Below are positions 8,161 through 17,857 of a DNA stretch of 40,806 nt, piece after piece. The notes under the pieces are model-generated. The model saw nothing but the letters and a program-made list of their open reading frames with translations. It ran no database searches and was not told the DNA's origin. How positions within the stretch are numbered: position 1 is the first letter of the stretch; each line of letters begins with the position of its first letter. A program made the position numbers and the translations under genes. The stretch comes from a virus (taxonomy: Duplodnaviria; Caudoviricetes), in IMG/VR virus record IMGVR_UViG_3300010052_000171, positions 1 through 40,806 of that record; one strand, written 5' to 3'.

Positions 8161-9035
8161 GCACCCTGAATCGATTTGAGCCGCCGAAGGCGAAGGCCAT
8201 CCTGGCCGAAGCTATCCTATCGCATGGGTTGGACGTACCGCCGTCGATTCCGCAGAGTTATCCTGAAGAAGTCACCGAACTTATCAATGAGGTTCGGCAT
8301 CGGCTGGAAATTGATGACTCTGACAACTCGTCGAGGACCAAGACTCGTATCACCGAGATACTGTCGCTTGAGGTGACGCGAATTGCGTCTGCTGGGCGAG
8401 ACTTGAAAGAGGTGGCGGAAAATCTAGGGCAGAAGGGGCAGCTTCCCCTTGGTGCTTACAAAATTCATATCGTTGACGGCATCCTTCGTGAAATGAAGGA
8501 AGCCAAAAGCGTTATCGAGAGAGTCATTCGAGAGGCTGACGAGGTTCAGCATATAACCGGAACAGGCCCGCTTTCGAATAGCGCTACGGGCCTAACGCTG
8601 ATTATGAAGTGGGTTCGAACCGAGAAATCAGCATTCTGGTACCTATTGGATGCACAGCGCACAAAGGACACCTTACGTGTTGCGGGCATCTATCGAATTG
8701 ACCCGGAGGCAATTGACCTAACCAATGCTGCGACTCCGTTAGATGTATTGAAGCGGTTCGTAGCAAGATACGGACTGCCATTTCATGTAAAGGGATTGCC
8801 GGGTGATCATTTCTTTCTGGAGGATGTTCGAGTCGATGATCCGCCAAGTGAGGCAACTAGGTCTGTGAACACAAAGGGTGTCAAAAGGTTCGCAAAGTAT
8901 CTAGAAACTGGCTACGAAGTTGGTGTGTCTAAAATGGGCGCGGGCGGGCCGTTCAATTTGCTAAAAGAGTCGCGGATTGTTGCTGCGTACGCGATAAACG
9001 TCTCCAAGTATCTTGAGGACAGGCCTTCGCGGTAA
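8151..9035 (+). CDS. Accessory hypothetical protein
   Basis: 294-aa ORF in AT-richer DNA, overlapping the upstream gene. Confidence 0.75.
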   Translation: MSLSTLNRFEPPKAKAILAEAILSHGLDVPPSIPQSYPEEVTELINEVRHRLEIDDSDNSSRTKTRITEILSLEVTRIASAGRDLKEVAENLGQKGQLPLGAYKIHIVDGILREMKEAKSVIERVIREADEVQHITGTGPLSNSATGLTLIMKWVRTEKSAFWYLLDAQRTKDTLRVAGIYRIDPEAIDLTNAATPLDVLKRFVARYGLPFHVKGLPGDHFFLEDVRVDDPPSEATRSVNTKGVKRFAKYLETGYEVGVSKMGAGGPFNLLKESRIVAAYAINVSKYLEDRPSR

Positions 9036-9155
9036 GCGTTGGAGTGAAAAGCCCAATTGGGCGCGCTGGCCGTTGGCGTGCTGTCGCTTGCGATATCGAA
9101 CCTGCTAACGCGCAAGAAGGAACGCGACTAGGCGCGCCCGGGCGCTGACAGCTCG

Positions 9156-10145
9156 TTAGAGGACCAGGTTCCTCAGGACCTGTAGCGCGTCGAGCAATGG
9201 CTTTACCCAACCAAACTCCCCTGGGTGCTTGCCGAGCAGGAGTTTGAGCGGCTCATAGGCAAGGGCGACTAGTCCGACAACGGCACCACCGCCGACCAGC
9301 GCGCCCGTTCCCTTGTCGAATGCCTGGGTTGTGGCCGATTGGATGCCCGCCAATCGCGCGGAGATCATCCGCGCAATCGATTTGTAGATATTGCTGGCGC
9401 TGCGAAGCAGGCCGAACGAGCTGAGCTGATCGGGTATCGCACCATCGCTCTGCAGCTGCTCTTCGATCGCCTGCTTGAGGTCCGGCCGTACGATTGAATC
9501 GGTCTGTTCCTTGATAATCTCCAGAGCGCGGTGCGCTGCCATTCGGGCGTCGTTTGAAATCTCTTCGACACGATTGCTCTGTTTCAGGAACTTCTCCCAC
9601 CCTTCAAAGCGACTGAGCAGGCGTCGGACGTTGTCCGCGAAGCCGACGATCTCGGCCACGAGCAGCTCGTCCAAGCGTTGACTCAGTGCAGGCAACATCG
9701 TGGTCAGGGTATGAAGATGGCAACCGATCCGAACCGCGCTCGATTGTGTCATGGGCTGCTTCAGGCATTGATGTGTGGCGTTGAGCTTCCGCAAGAAGGT
9801 CTCGCCGATATTGCTTCCATGAAGTCGGATACACAGGCGATCGGCATCGTCGGCGCAGTCGAGCCTGATGGCTTCGGCAACGGGGTCCAAGACCACCGAA
9901 GTATCGTTGCTCAATGTAAGCTGCCCTTCATGCACCTCGGTATCCAGCGGACCGATTTCAGGCTTGAGATCGGCGCGTGAAAGGTTCTTTCGAACTGAGG
10001 TGAGGTCCGGGGGAGGTGAGTCGCTCTTGGGTTCGAACCACATGGACTTGCATTTGTAACAACGAACCTGCCGTCCAGGGGGACGAATCGCGTTGTCCGG
10101 CACAACGTATCGAGTGCTGCAGCTCGGACATTGAAGAATCGTCAT
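9156..10145 (-). CDS. MJ0042/ZitP-type zinc-ribbon protein with a C-terminal hydrophobic segment
   Basis: MTILQCPSCSTRYVVPDNAIRPPGRQVRCYKCKSMWF; GALVGGGAVVGLVALAY. Confidence 0.8.
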   Translation of the reverse strand: MTILQCPSCSTRYVVPDNAIRPPGRQVRCYKCKSMWFEPKSDSPPPDLTSVRKNLSRADLKPEIGPLDTEVHEGQLTLSNDTSVVLDPVAEAIRLDCADDADRLCIRLHGSNIGETFLRKLNATHQCLKQPMTQSSAVRIGCHLHTLTTMLPALSQRLDELLVAEIVGFADNVRRLLSRFEGWEKFLKQSNRVEEISNDARMAAHRALEIIKEQTDSIVRPDLKQAIEEQLQSDGAIPDQLSSFGLLRSASNIYKSIARMISARLAGIQSATTQAFDKGTGALVGGGAVVGLVALAYEPLKLLLGKHPGEFGWVKPLLDALQVLRNLVL

Positions 10146-10187
10146 GCGTCTAGTGTAGCGTATTAAGACGGAGGCGTAATGACTAGA

Positions 10188-11228
10188 CTAGTCGGTCAGC
10201 TCGAGCTTGAGCGACGTCGTGAATCCTCGGTCGCTCACGCTATGGGCTACCTCTCCGACCAACCACGGCGTTGCGTCAATCTCAGCCTTGAACCCGCTCA
10301 CCGTGACCTTCTGCTCGGGCATCAGGTCTGCACGGCCGAGCGCGAGGGAATAGTCGAACGTTGCGGCCTGGCGAGCACTGCGCGCTGAAGCCGCCCTCGC
10401 TGCGGAGCGGGCCTGTGCCTCGGTGGCGTAGGTTCGGGACAGCTTCTTCGCGCCGTCTTCCTTGCCGACGGTAATCTGCTTCTTCTTCGCCTCGCCGCGA
10501 TCGTGCCAACTCGCGGTAACGCCGCCCGCGTCATCGCGCTTGGACAGGCGGTAGCTGTGCCGATCGCCATCCCGCCGGCGGAGCGTGACTTCCCCTAGCG
10601 GCTTGCCCGAAGCGCTCTGCCCCTCGCCGATCGGGGCGAGGATCAGGGAACCGCCCTTGATCGTGGCGACGGCGTCGTGCTCACGCCCGAGCCTGCGCAT
10701 CAGGGCCATGTCGCTTTCCCGGCTCTGAACAACCGACTTGAGCTGGATCGACGCCAGGGCGGGCGCGCAGCGCGCCTGCAGTCCGTTCTTCCCGGCAATC
10801 TCGGTCACCACGGCGCCGAGTGTCGTATCGTGCCAGCTCTTTTCCCGGCGCGCCTTCAGCTCGCTGGTGAAGTCGGCCGATCGCGCGGTAATGCGCACCT
10901 GGTCGGGCGGACCGCTATGCTCGATCTCATCGACCTTGAAGCTGCCCTTATCGACCAGGCCCGGCGTCACGTCGCGGCCCTGCGCCCAGCCGAGCTGCAG
11001 TGTGAGCACCGCGCCGGCCCTGGGCATCTCAAGCTTGCCGTCGGCGTCGTCGAGCACCAGCTCGAGCTGGTCGGCCTCATCGCCGCGTTTCTCGGTCAAG
11101 GTGAGCGAGATGAGGCGCGGGCGCACCTTGGCGGTGATGTCGAGCAGCTTGGCGGCGGCATCGAAGATCGCGCCGCGCAGATCCTGTCCGCCCACGGTCA
11201 GGCGAAAATCGGGGATGTTGGCGCTCAT
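10188..11228 (-). CDS. D: P2 gpD-like baseplate hub / late control D
   Basis: RLISLTLTEKRGDEADQL, VDEIEHSGPPD, QSRESD, FTTSLKLE. Confidence 0.93.
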   Translation of the reverse strand: MSANIPDFRLTVGGQDLRGAIFDAAAKLLDITAKVRPRLISLTLTEKRGDEADQLELVLDDADGKLEMPRAGAVLTLQLGWAQGRDVTPGLVDKGSFKVDEIEHSGPPDQVRITARSADFTSELKARREKSWHDTTLGAVVTEIAGKNGLQARCAPALASIQLKSVVQSRESDMALMRRLGREHDAVATIKGGSLILAPIGEGQSASGKPLGEVTLRRRDGDRHSYRLSKRDDAGGVTASWHDRGEAKKKQITVGKEDGAKKLSRTYATEAQARSAARAASARSARQAATFDYSLALGRADLMPEQKVTVSGFKAEIDATPWLVGEVAHSVSDRGFTTSLKLELTD

Positions 11229-11608
11229 TCCTCGTAGACGCAGAGCAGGTCGACTGCGAAGTCGATGCGGCGGGGCGTGCCGTCGTCGAACATATGCTTA
11301 TGCCGTTCGTCGATGGCGGTGATGACGTAGGAGCCGTAGACGCGGCCTGCGCCATCGACCAGCGGCCAATGCTCGCCGGTGTTCGCCATATCGCGCAGCT
11401 CGTCGAGCGAGGCGCGACCTTGCGACAATTCCGCATAGGCCGCGCCGCTGATTGAGATGGTGTCGTTGCCCGGGCCGACGAACTGGACAGCATCGCGCGC
11501 GCCGACGCGCTTGCTGCGCTCATGCCGCCAGTCGGCACGCCGCTGAAGCTCGTCATAGGCCAGCGTCGGCACATGGAAGGGGAACATGCCCAGCGACATC
11601 AGGATCAT
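11225..11608 (-). CDS. U: P2 gpU tail protein
   Basis: LMSLGMFPF...QFVGPGNDTISISG...GTPRRIDF. Confidence 0.92.
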   Translation of the reverse strand: MILMSLGMFPFHVPTLAYDELQRRADWRHERSKRVGARDAVQFVGPGNDTISISGAAYAELSQGRASLDELRDMANTGEHWPLVDGAGRVYGSYVITAIDERHKHMFDDGTPRRIDFAVDLLCVYEE

Positions 11609-14103
11609 GCGTGTTCGTCCCAGTCAGGGTTGTCGCCGAAGCCTGATCCCTTTTTGCGCCGCTCGATATCCGCAAGAAGCCGGCGCAGCTTCTCCATGAG
11701 CATTGCTTCGTCCATGCCGGGCGTCGCGTGGAGGTGGATTTCGTACGTGTCGCCAGTGGTCACCGCGTTCGCAGACGCTGGCGCGCTATTCGCGGTGGAT
11801 GCACCAGGCGCTCCCGCGCCGCCGGCGACCGCTGGCACAGCCAGGCCGAGCGCCACGGCGCTACCGATATCGCGGGAGAGCGAGGTCAGGCGCCGGATCG
11901 GTAGATCCCGATCGCGATCGATCCCGTTCGCCAGCCCTTCCATCATGAAGCCGCCAAAGCCCATGAAGACGCGTGAGGGGGACTGGATGCCGAGCTTCTT
12001 CTTGAACCAGTTGGCGGCCGACGTCGCCGCGTTGACGATGGTGGAGTAGAGCGCGCCGAGCATCCCGGTGATGCCGTTGATCAAGCCCTGAATAAGGTTG
12101 CGGCCCGCCTCCATCATCTGACCGGGCAGGGGGCCGCGCAGGAAGGCCATCACGCCCGTAAAGGCGCGGATGAACATGCCGACCGGGGTGAAGTTCATGA
12201 TGACCTGGCCGAGCGCGGAGATCCCCGCGCTCACAATCGACTTGATGCCCTGCCAAACGCGCGAGAAGAAGCCGGTGATCGCGCCCCAATTCTTGTAGAT
12301 CAGGTAGACTGCACCCGTGAGCAGCGCGATTGCCGCGACCACCGCGAGTACGATCCCGACGAGTGGCAGCATCCCGATGTTGAGGAATGCGGCCGCCGCG
12401 CCGAGCGCGTAGAATGGCGCGACCAGGCCGGCGATGACGATCGCGCCGCCGCCCAGCACGACGAACAAGCCGGCGAGCAGCGCGGCGGTGATTGCCATCC
12501 CCTTCGCAAAGCCGGGGTTGGCGCGCGCCCAGCTCGCGAACGCCTTGGCGGCACCGCCGACCTTCTGAGCCAGCTTGATGGCTGAGGGGAGCAACAAGGT
12601 GCCGATGGTGATGGAGACGCCCTGCATTTCCGTGTTGAACTGGCGGGACTGTTCGGCGGCATCCTTCATGCGTTCGGCGAAATCGGCGTCGGTCGTGCCG
12701 CCGGCGGCGCCGGCCTCGGCGCGGATCTGGCGATACTCCTCGAGGTTCTGGATCAGTGGTCGAAGCGCACCCTGAACCTGGGCGTCCTCGAACAGGTATC
12801 CAAGCTTGGACAGATCGCCGCCGAGCGTCTTGTTGGTCAGCTCCGCGATTGCCTCAAGCGGGGTCTTGCCCTGCGCGTAGGCCATTTTGAGTGCCGCGGG
12901 CAGGTCGACGCCATAGTTCTTCTGGAACGCGCGCACGGTGGCGGGAGAGCTGATCTTTTGCAGCAGGTTGGCGACATTGGTTGCCGCCGCCTCGGACGAT
13001 CCGGCACCCTTGCGGGCGATCTGCAACGCGGCGGCAAGGTCGGCCACCGCCGGCGCGCCGCTTTGGCCGAGCGCCTGGCTGGCCGCGGACAAAGCGGGGA
13101 AATGCTGCGCCATATCCTTGATCTCGAACGCGCCGCGCTTGCCCGCTGCGGCCATGATGTCGATCACCTTGCCGGTTTGGGCCACGGGTACCTTGAGATT
13201 GTCGTTGGCGGCGAAGGCAGCGGCGGACAGGTCGGCAATCTCCGCCTTGTAGGCGGTCGCGGCGCGACCAATGGGCTGCATCATGTCGACGGCCTGGCGC
13301 GGATCGAGGCCGAAGCCCGACAGTGTATCGATGCCGGCGCGGATCGCCTCAGGCAACTGGTTCGCCTTGGACGCGATTTCCAGGACGGTATCACCCATCT
13401 GGCGGGCTGCCTCACGCGACAGGTTCGCCTTTTGCGCGATGTCCGTCATGCCGGACTCATGTTCCATCGCAGCGCCGGTGGCGCCGGTGATGGGCTGCAG
13501 CAGCGATTGGCCCGTCGCCATCGCCGACATTCCGCCCGCCGCCATACCGGTGGCCAGGTTCATGCCCCGGCCGAAGCGATCCCGGGCCGCACCGAAACGC
13601 TGTGCGCGGTCAGTCGCCGCGCGCAGCCGGCGATCCTGCTCGGCCAGCTCTTCGTTCGTGCGGGCGATGTCGCCGCGCAGACGCCGTTCGTGCTGGGCGA
13701 GCTTGCCGGTTTCGATGCCCGCGGCGCCGAGCCGATCGCGGAGCTGCTGGAGCCGCATCGACTGGTCGACATGCTCGGCCTTGAGTGCGGCGGATTCGCG
13801 TTTGGCCTTGGCGAATTCAGCGGTGAGCTTCCTGGTCGGGGTTCCGGCGGCGTCGATCTGTCGGGCGAGGGCAGCGACGCGCGCCTGTGCCTGCGTCATG
13901 GCCGCTTCCGTTGTGCGGAGGCCCGCCTTCAGCTCACGGAAGCCGCCGATATCCGCCTGCGCGCGGTTGAGTTCGCGCAGGCGGTCACGGGTCAGCTTGA
14001 ATGCCTGGGCGGCCTTGGCCGATCCGCCGGCGATATCGCGCAGCGGCCTAGTCGCGCGGTCGCCGGCCTCGAGCAGCATGCGGATACGGAGATTGCGGTC
14101 CAT
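11605..14103 (-). CDS. T: Tape measure protein
   Basis: Long Ala-rich helical protein, IYKNWGAITGFF, LGIQSPSRVF; start MDRNLRI. Confidence 0.93.
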   Translation of the reverse strand: MDRNLRIRMLLEAGDRATRPLRDIAGGSAKAAQAFKLTRDRLRELNRAQADIGGFRELKAGLRTTEAAMTQAQARVAALARQIDAAGTPTRKLTAEFAKAKRESAALKAEHVDQSMRLQQLRDRLGAAGIETGKLAQHERRLRGDIARTNEELAEQDRRLRAATDRAQRFGAARDRFGRGMNLATGMAAGGMSAMATGQSLLQPITGATGAAMEHESGMTDIAQKANLSREAARQMGDTVLEIASKANQLPEAIRAGIDTLSGFGLDPRQAVDMMQPIGRAATAYKAEIADLSAAAFAANDNLKVPVAQTGKVIDIMAAAGKRGAFEIKDMAQHFPALSAASQALGQSGAPAVADLAAALQIARKGAGSSEAAATNVANLLQKISSPATVRAFQKNYGVDLPAALKMAYAQGKTPLEAIAELTNKTLGGDLSKLGYLFEDAQVQGALRPLIQNLEEYRQIRAEAGAAGGTTDADFAERMKDAAEQSRQFNTEMQGVSITIGTLLLPSAIKLAQKVGGAAKAFASWARANPGFAKGMAITAALLAGLFVVLGGGAIVIAGLVAPFYALGAAAAFLNIGMLPLVGIVLAVVAAIALLTGAVYLIYKNWGAITGFFSRVWQGIKSIVSAGISALGQVIMNFTPVGMFIRAFTGVMAFLRGPLPGQMMEAGRNLIQGLINGITGMLGALYSTIVNAATSAANWFKKKLGIQSPSRVFMGFGGFMMEGLANGIDRDRDLPIRRLTSLSRDIGSAVALGLAVPAVAGGAGAPGASTANSAPASANAVTTGDTYEIHLHATPGMDEAMLMEKLRRLLADIERRKKGSGFGDNPDWDEHA

Positions 14104-14113
14104 CGCGGCGCCT

Positions 14114-14290
14114 TCAGCTTTTGTCGGTGCGGATCCGGCGTTCGGCCTGGGCACGCCAAGCCATGAGTTCGACCAGGTCCATTGCGGCCATGGCGGAGGG
14201 CGGCCAGTGGAAGACGACCGCCAGATCCGCCATCGCGTCCTCTACCCGGTTTGGGAGGAGGCCTGCTTCGCGGCCGTCGGCAGCAAAAAA
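14114..14290 (-). CDS. E': gpE' frameshift extension
   Basis: MADLAVVFHWPPSAM...ELMAWR in the -1 frame after the slippery site. Confidence 0.88.
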   Translation of the reverse strand, partial: FFAADGREAGLLPNRVEDAMADLAVVFHWPPSAMAAMDLVELMAWRAQAERRIRTDKS

Positions 14291-14571
14291 TCCATGACCT
14301 CGCCGCCGAACTGCATCAGATCGGCGGGATCCAGCACGGCGTTCTTGTGGATGACCGGCATGGTGATGCGTGGCGCGAGTTCGTGCAGCGCGTTCACGTC
14401 GAGTTGCGACAGCGCCATCAGCGTGAGGCCGCGCAGCTCGGGCGATCCGGGCTTTCGCACGATGATTTCGGTGCCGGCGGTAACGATCACCTGGTCTCCG
14501 ACCTTGACGTCGTGATCGAGGGTGAAGCGGCGGATCAGCGGGGCATTGTCCGCTACGGGAGGCGTGTCCAT
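14242..14571 (-). CDS. E: Tail assembly chaperone gpE
   Basis: RKPGSPELRGLTL...LDPADLMQFGGEVMDFL. Confidence 0.9.
   Translation of the reverse strand: MDTPPVADNAPLIRRFTLDHDVKVGDQVIVTAGTEIIVRKPGSPELRGLTLMALSQLDVNALHELAPRITMPVIHKNAVLDPADLMQFGGEVMDFLLPTAAKQASSQTG
14284..14290 (-). other. Programmed -1 frameshift site TTTTTTG
   Basis: GAT TTT TTG in gpE, the same T6G site used by P2. Confidence 0.85.
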
Positions 14572-14585
14572 CGTCGATCGCTCCT

Positions 14586-15101
14586 TCAGAACTGGCCAAG
14601 GGCGGCGCGATGCGCGGCCATGAGATCGACGCCGTCGACGATCAGGATCCCGCCAAGCGGGTCATCCTCGATTTCGGTCCGGCCGTTCCAAATCTCCTTG
14701 TAGTAGGCGCAGGCGGTCTTGACCTTGAAGTCGCCCATCTCGCCTGCCTGCAGATCCCCGCGGTCGATCTCCTCATGACGGCCGCGCGCCACGATTTCGA
14801 TGATGTCGGTCGCGCCGGTATCGTCGTTCTTGAACGAACCGACCCAGCGGATCTGGACGCCGGTTAGCGTCGGCAAGCCATATTGCCGGATGATCTGGCG
14901 GATCGGGCCGCCATAGGTGTGCTCGATATCGAAGTCATCGCCGGCGCCCATGTCGAGCTTGACCGCGCGATGCATGCCGCCGCCACGCCACGTCTCGAAC
15001 TTGCGGGCGAGGGGCGGGAGCTTCATCGACTTGGTCTCACCGATGTAGCCGATACCGTCGATGATGGTGTCCATCTTGGTGAGGACGCGGGGAAGGCCCA
15101 T
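14586..15101 (-). CDS. FII: Tail tube FII
   Basis: MGLPRVL...WRGGGM...GVDLMAAHRAALG. Confidence 0.93.
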   Translation of the reverse strand: MGLPRVLTKMDTIIDGIGYIGETKSMKLPPLARKFETWRGGGMHRAVKLDMGAGDDFDIEHTYGGPIRQIIRQYGLPTLTGVQIRWVGSFKNDDTGATDIIEIVARGRHEEIDRGDLQAGEMGDFKVKTACAYYKEIWNGRTEIEDDPLGGILIVDGVDLMAAHRAALGQF

Positions 15102-15143
15102 GGTTGGTTCTCCGAAGGATTGAGGGTGTCAGCGGTGGCCCGA

Positions 15144-16319
15144 TCAGGCGGCGAGCCCGACCAGCTCGGCGAAATCGGCGAGATACTCGTCGGTGATCTC
15201 CTGGCGGAGCAGGAGATTCTCAAGCGGGGGGACCGGCGTGTATTTGTAGCGGATCAGCAGCTTGCCGGCCTTCAGGCTGTCGACCGGGTTCATGTCCGCA
15301 TCGAACCACGCCGTTGCGCCCAGGATGAAGCCGGCACGGGCGAGCTGGCGAAACGTCTCATTGATCTGCTCGACGATGTCGCGCGCGAGGCCGGGGTTCA
15401 GCGGCTTGTCGATCGCCCAGATCATGCCCATCGCAATTGAGTCGGCCAGGATCTGCGCGGTGCGGGTCGCGCCCTCAAAGACGAAGTCCTTGTCCGTACC
15501 AGCGGGATCCGCAGTGGTGCGGTTGCCCCAGAAGCGGAGCCGCCCGTTGATGCTGACGATCGTGGTGATGCCGGCTTCGTTGAGCTGGTTCGCCTCGGTA
15601 TCGACCGACTGGAAATCGAAGCTGATATCCTCGGTTGTGCCGACCACGCCCTCAACGGGCACGTTCGACAGCGTCTTGTGCCAGCCCTGTTCCTGGTCGA
15701 TCCGCGCGCGCAGCCCGAGTGCGCGGCCGATCGCGAAGCTGCTGACGGTTTGCGTTCCCGACTTGGCGAGGAAGTCGGGCGCGATCAGCATCAGCTCGCG
15801 CCGGTCGAAACTCTCCCGATAGGCGATCTTCGCGGCGACGGTTTCGCCGTGGCAAAAGGCATAGGTGAAAGCGCGGAGTTTCTTGCTGATCTCCGCCAGC
15901 TCGTCCGCCACATCCTCACTATCGAGGCCGGGTGCGCCGATGATGCGCGGCTTCAGGCCGAGCTGTGCCTCGGCGCCCAGGAGGAGCTGCAGGCCGGCGA
16001 TGACGTTGTTGTCGGTCGCTTCCTGCTCACTGACCTCACCCGCGGCGACACCCGGCGCGACGCGAACCAGGACGATCGGCGCGCGGACCTGATCGGCAAT
16101 CGCCTGAAGCGCATTCCGGATCGTGCCGGTGGCGCCCGCCTTGGCAATCGCATCTACGATTCCCGAGGACTGGATCTTCACGCGGGTATTGAGCGGGAAG
16201 GTAGCGGCATCGGCGGCGGGGCCGGTGACGACCAGGCCGATGACCGCAGTGGCAACAATAGCGGCCGATCGCGCCGCGGTGGCGACCTCGGTAACGCCGA
16301 TTCCGTGCTGAAACGTCAT
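15144..16319 (-). CDS. FI: Tail sheath FI
   Basis: KPRIIGAPG, GWHKTLSNV, FWGNRT, YTPVPPLENL. Confidence 0.95.
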   Translation of the reverse strand: MTFQHGIGVTEVATAARSAAIVATAVIGLVVTGPAADAATFPLNTRVKIQSSGIVDAIAKAGATGTIRNALQAIADQVRAPIVLVRVAPGVAAGEVSEQEATDNNVIAGLQLLLGAEAQLGLKPRIIGAPGLDSEDVADELAEISKKLRAFTYAFCHGETVAAKIAYRESFDRRELMLIAPDFLAKSGTQTVSSFAIGRALGLRARIDQEQGWHKTLSNVPVEGVVGTTEDISFDFQSVDTEANQLNEAGITTIVSINGRLRFWGNRTTADPAGTDKDFVFEGATRTAQILADSIAMGMIWAIDKPLNPGLARDIVEQINETFRQLARAGFILGATAWFDADMNPVDSLKAGKLLIRYKYTPVPPLENLLLRQEITDEYLADFAELVGLAA

Positions 16320-16329
16320 GGGTTTCCTC

Positions 16330-16713
16330 TCAGTTGGACGTTGGAACGGGGAAGAGGGCGCGCTGCGCGTGGACGGGAATGGTGAAGCTCACCGGCGTGC
16401 GGTGGCCTGTCGCATCACGCGCGATGCCGGCGATGGTGAGGGCAAACACCCCGGCGAAACCTGTGCCGGCGATGCCCACCCGGGTCAGACGCAGTCGCCG
16501 CTCCTGGCGCGAAAGCGCGAGGGCGGTGGCGGCAAAGAGCTGGACGCGGGTCAGCGCGTTCATCGGCTGATCGAGCAGCTCGGGCAGCAGCGACCCATAG
16601 TCGCGGCGGCAAACGCGCGTCCCGACCGGCGTGCCCAGGATATCGCCGATCGATTGGCGCAGATGGTCCATGCCGGAGAGCGGCTTGCCGGTGGCGCGAT
16701 CCATGCCGTTCAC
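16330..16713 (-). CDS. W: Baseplate wedge gpW (gp25-like)
   Basis: GMDRATGK...HLRQSIGDILGTPVGTRVCRRDYGS. Confidence 0.92.
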   Translation of the reverse strand: MNGMDRATGKPLSGMDHLRQSIGDILGTPVGTRVCRRDYGSLLPELLDQPMNALTRVQLFAATALALSRQERRLRLTRVGIAGTGFAGVFALTIAGIARDATGHRTPVSFTIPVHAQRALFPVPTSN

Positions 16714-17273
16714 AGCGGCGCTCCTGACTGGCCGCCGCCGGGCTGTACCTGTCCGTGCTTGTGGCCCTTCAGGCTGATCGCATCGGCCTTGACGTCGGTG
16801 TCACTGGCGATCTCGCCGGCGGCGTGGAGCTTCGCGTCGAGCTGGACGTCCCCGGTGACCTTGAGCTTGCCGTCGATCTCGACGTCACAGACCAGTTTGG
16901 CAGTGCCGCCATCAGGGAGGACGACGTCGAGCTTCTGTGCTTCGGGATCGTAGGAAAGCCGCGCGCCGTCGGCGAAGACCAGGACGACAGTGCGACTGTC
17001 GCCGGGGGCGGGGTTTGCGTTGCTGGGGAGACCGCGCAGGACCAGGCCGGCGAGGGTGTCGCCTTCGGGCGCGAGGACAAGAACCTGCTCGTCCACGCTG
17101 GGCGGAATCCAGATGTGCGTGTCGCCCGCGGCGCCGGTCAGCCAGGGCAAGTCGCCCGTTTCGATATCGCCGATCTGAACTCGACAGGTGGCTGCGGCAA
17201 AGTCGACCGACTTAACGGTCCCGAGGCGCAGCATGTCGCCAAGGAGGCGTTGGGTATCGGCAGGGTCGCTCAT
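16710..17273 (-). CDS. V: Baseplate spike gpV
   Basis: RLGTVKSVD, PPSVDEQV, C-terminal SLKGHKHGQVQPGG (HxH). Confidence 0.93.
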   Translation of the reverse strand: MSDPADTQRLLGDMLRLGTVKSVDFAAATCRVQIGDIETGDLPWLTGAAGDTHIWIPPSVDEQVLVLAPEGDTLAGLVLRGLPSNANPAPGDSRTVVLVFADGARLSYDPEAQKLDVVLPDGGTAKLVCDVEIDGKLKVTGDVQLDAKLHAAGEIASDTDVKADAISLKGHKHGQVQPGGGQSGAPL

Positions 17274-17320
17274 CGCGCCGTTATTGCCGAGCCGCCGGGC
17301 ACCGCGCCTTTGTCGGGGCT

Positions 17321-17339
17321 TGTAGAGACCTATTCTACA
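17321..17339. promoter_or_regulatory. Late promoter activator site upstream of V
   Basis: TGTAGAGACCTATTCTACA, one of four copies. Confidence 0.8.
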
Positions 17340-17387
17340 AAATGGAGCGGGAATGGTAGCATTCGCCACTAGCAAAGGGGGGCGATC

Positions 17388-17855
17388 ATGTTGGGGATTG
17401 ATTGGGGCAGCCTGTTCTCACCAGCCGGAGTAGTAGCCGTCGTAGTTGGCGCAGTTGGCAAAACCTTGTTCGACAAGTGGTTCGGCCATCGGCTCGATCA
17501 GAGGTTGGAACGACAGCGCTACGAGCAGCGCATGCGCGAGCAAGCGGCAAAGATTGCAGAGGTCGCGGCGGTCGGGCCGTTTCTGCCGTCCGGGGGGGAA
17601 GACGATGAGACATTTCGCAGGCTGCGGCAGCTCGCCTACGAGCTGCTCCTTGTGCTCCCCGATAATGTGTATCGCGAGTTCGTTGCAGGCATGGCCCGCA
17701 AAGGCGGGAAGAATGACTTCACGGCACTGTTGGCTGTGAAGGAACACCTGCAAGGCTCGCCAACGAACCTTACCGCCGAAGATGTTCTGTTCTTCCATCC
17801 CAAGGGCGGCGAAGGAATGCGAAAACTGGATACAAAGCAGGAGCCACTAGGCTGA
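17388..17855 (+). CDS. Moron, hypothetical protein with an N-terminal TM segment
   Basis: Opposite strand to the tail genes; AGVVAVVVGAVG followed by a charged helix. Confidence 0.75.
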   Translation: MLGIDWGSLFSPAGVVAVVVGAVGKTLFDKWFGHRLDQRLERQRYEQRMREQAAKIAEVAAVGPFLPSGGEDDETFRRLRQLAYELLLVLPDNVYREFVAGMARKGGKNDFTALLAVKEHLQGSPTNLTAEDVLFFHPKGGEGMRKLDTKQEPLG

Positions 17856-17857
17856 AC

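Noticed and set aside
14242-14290. E/E' frameshift as a novelty
   Set aside because: Well-established P2 feature; listed only as a feature
12958-14515. 402-aa and 414-aa plus-strand ORFs
   Set aside because: Shadows of the tape measure gene
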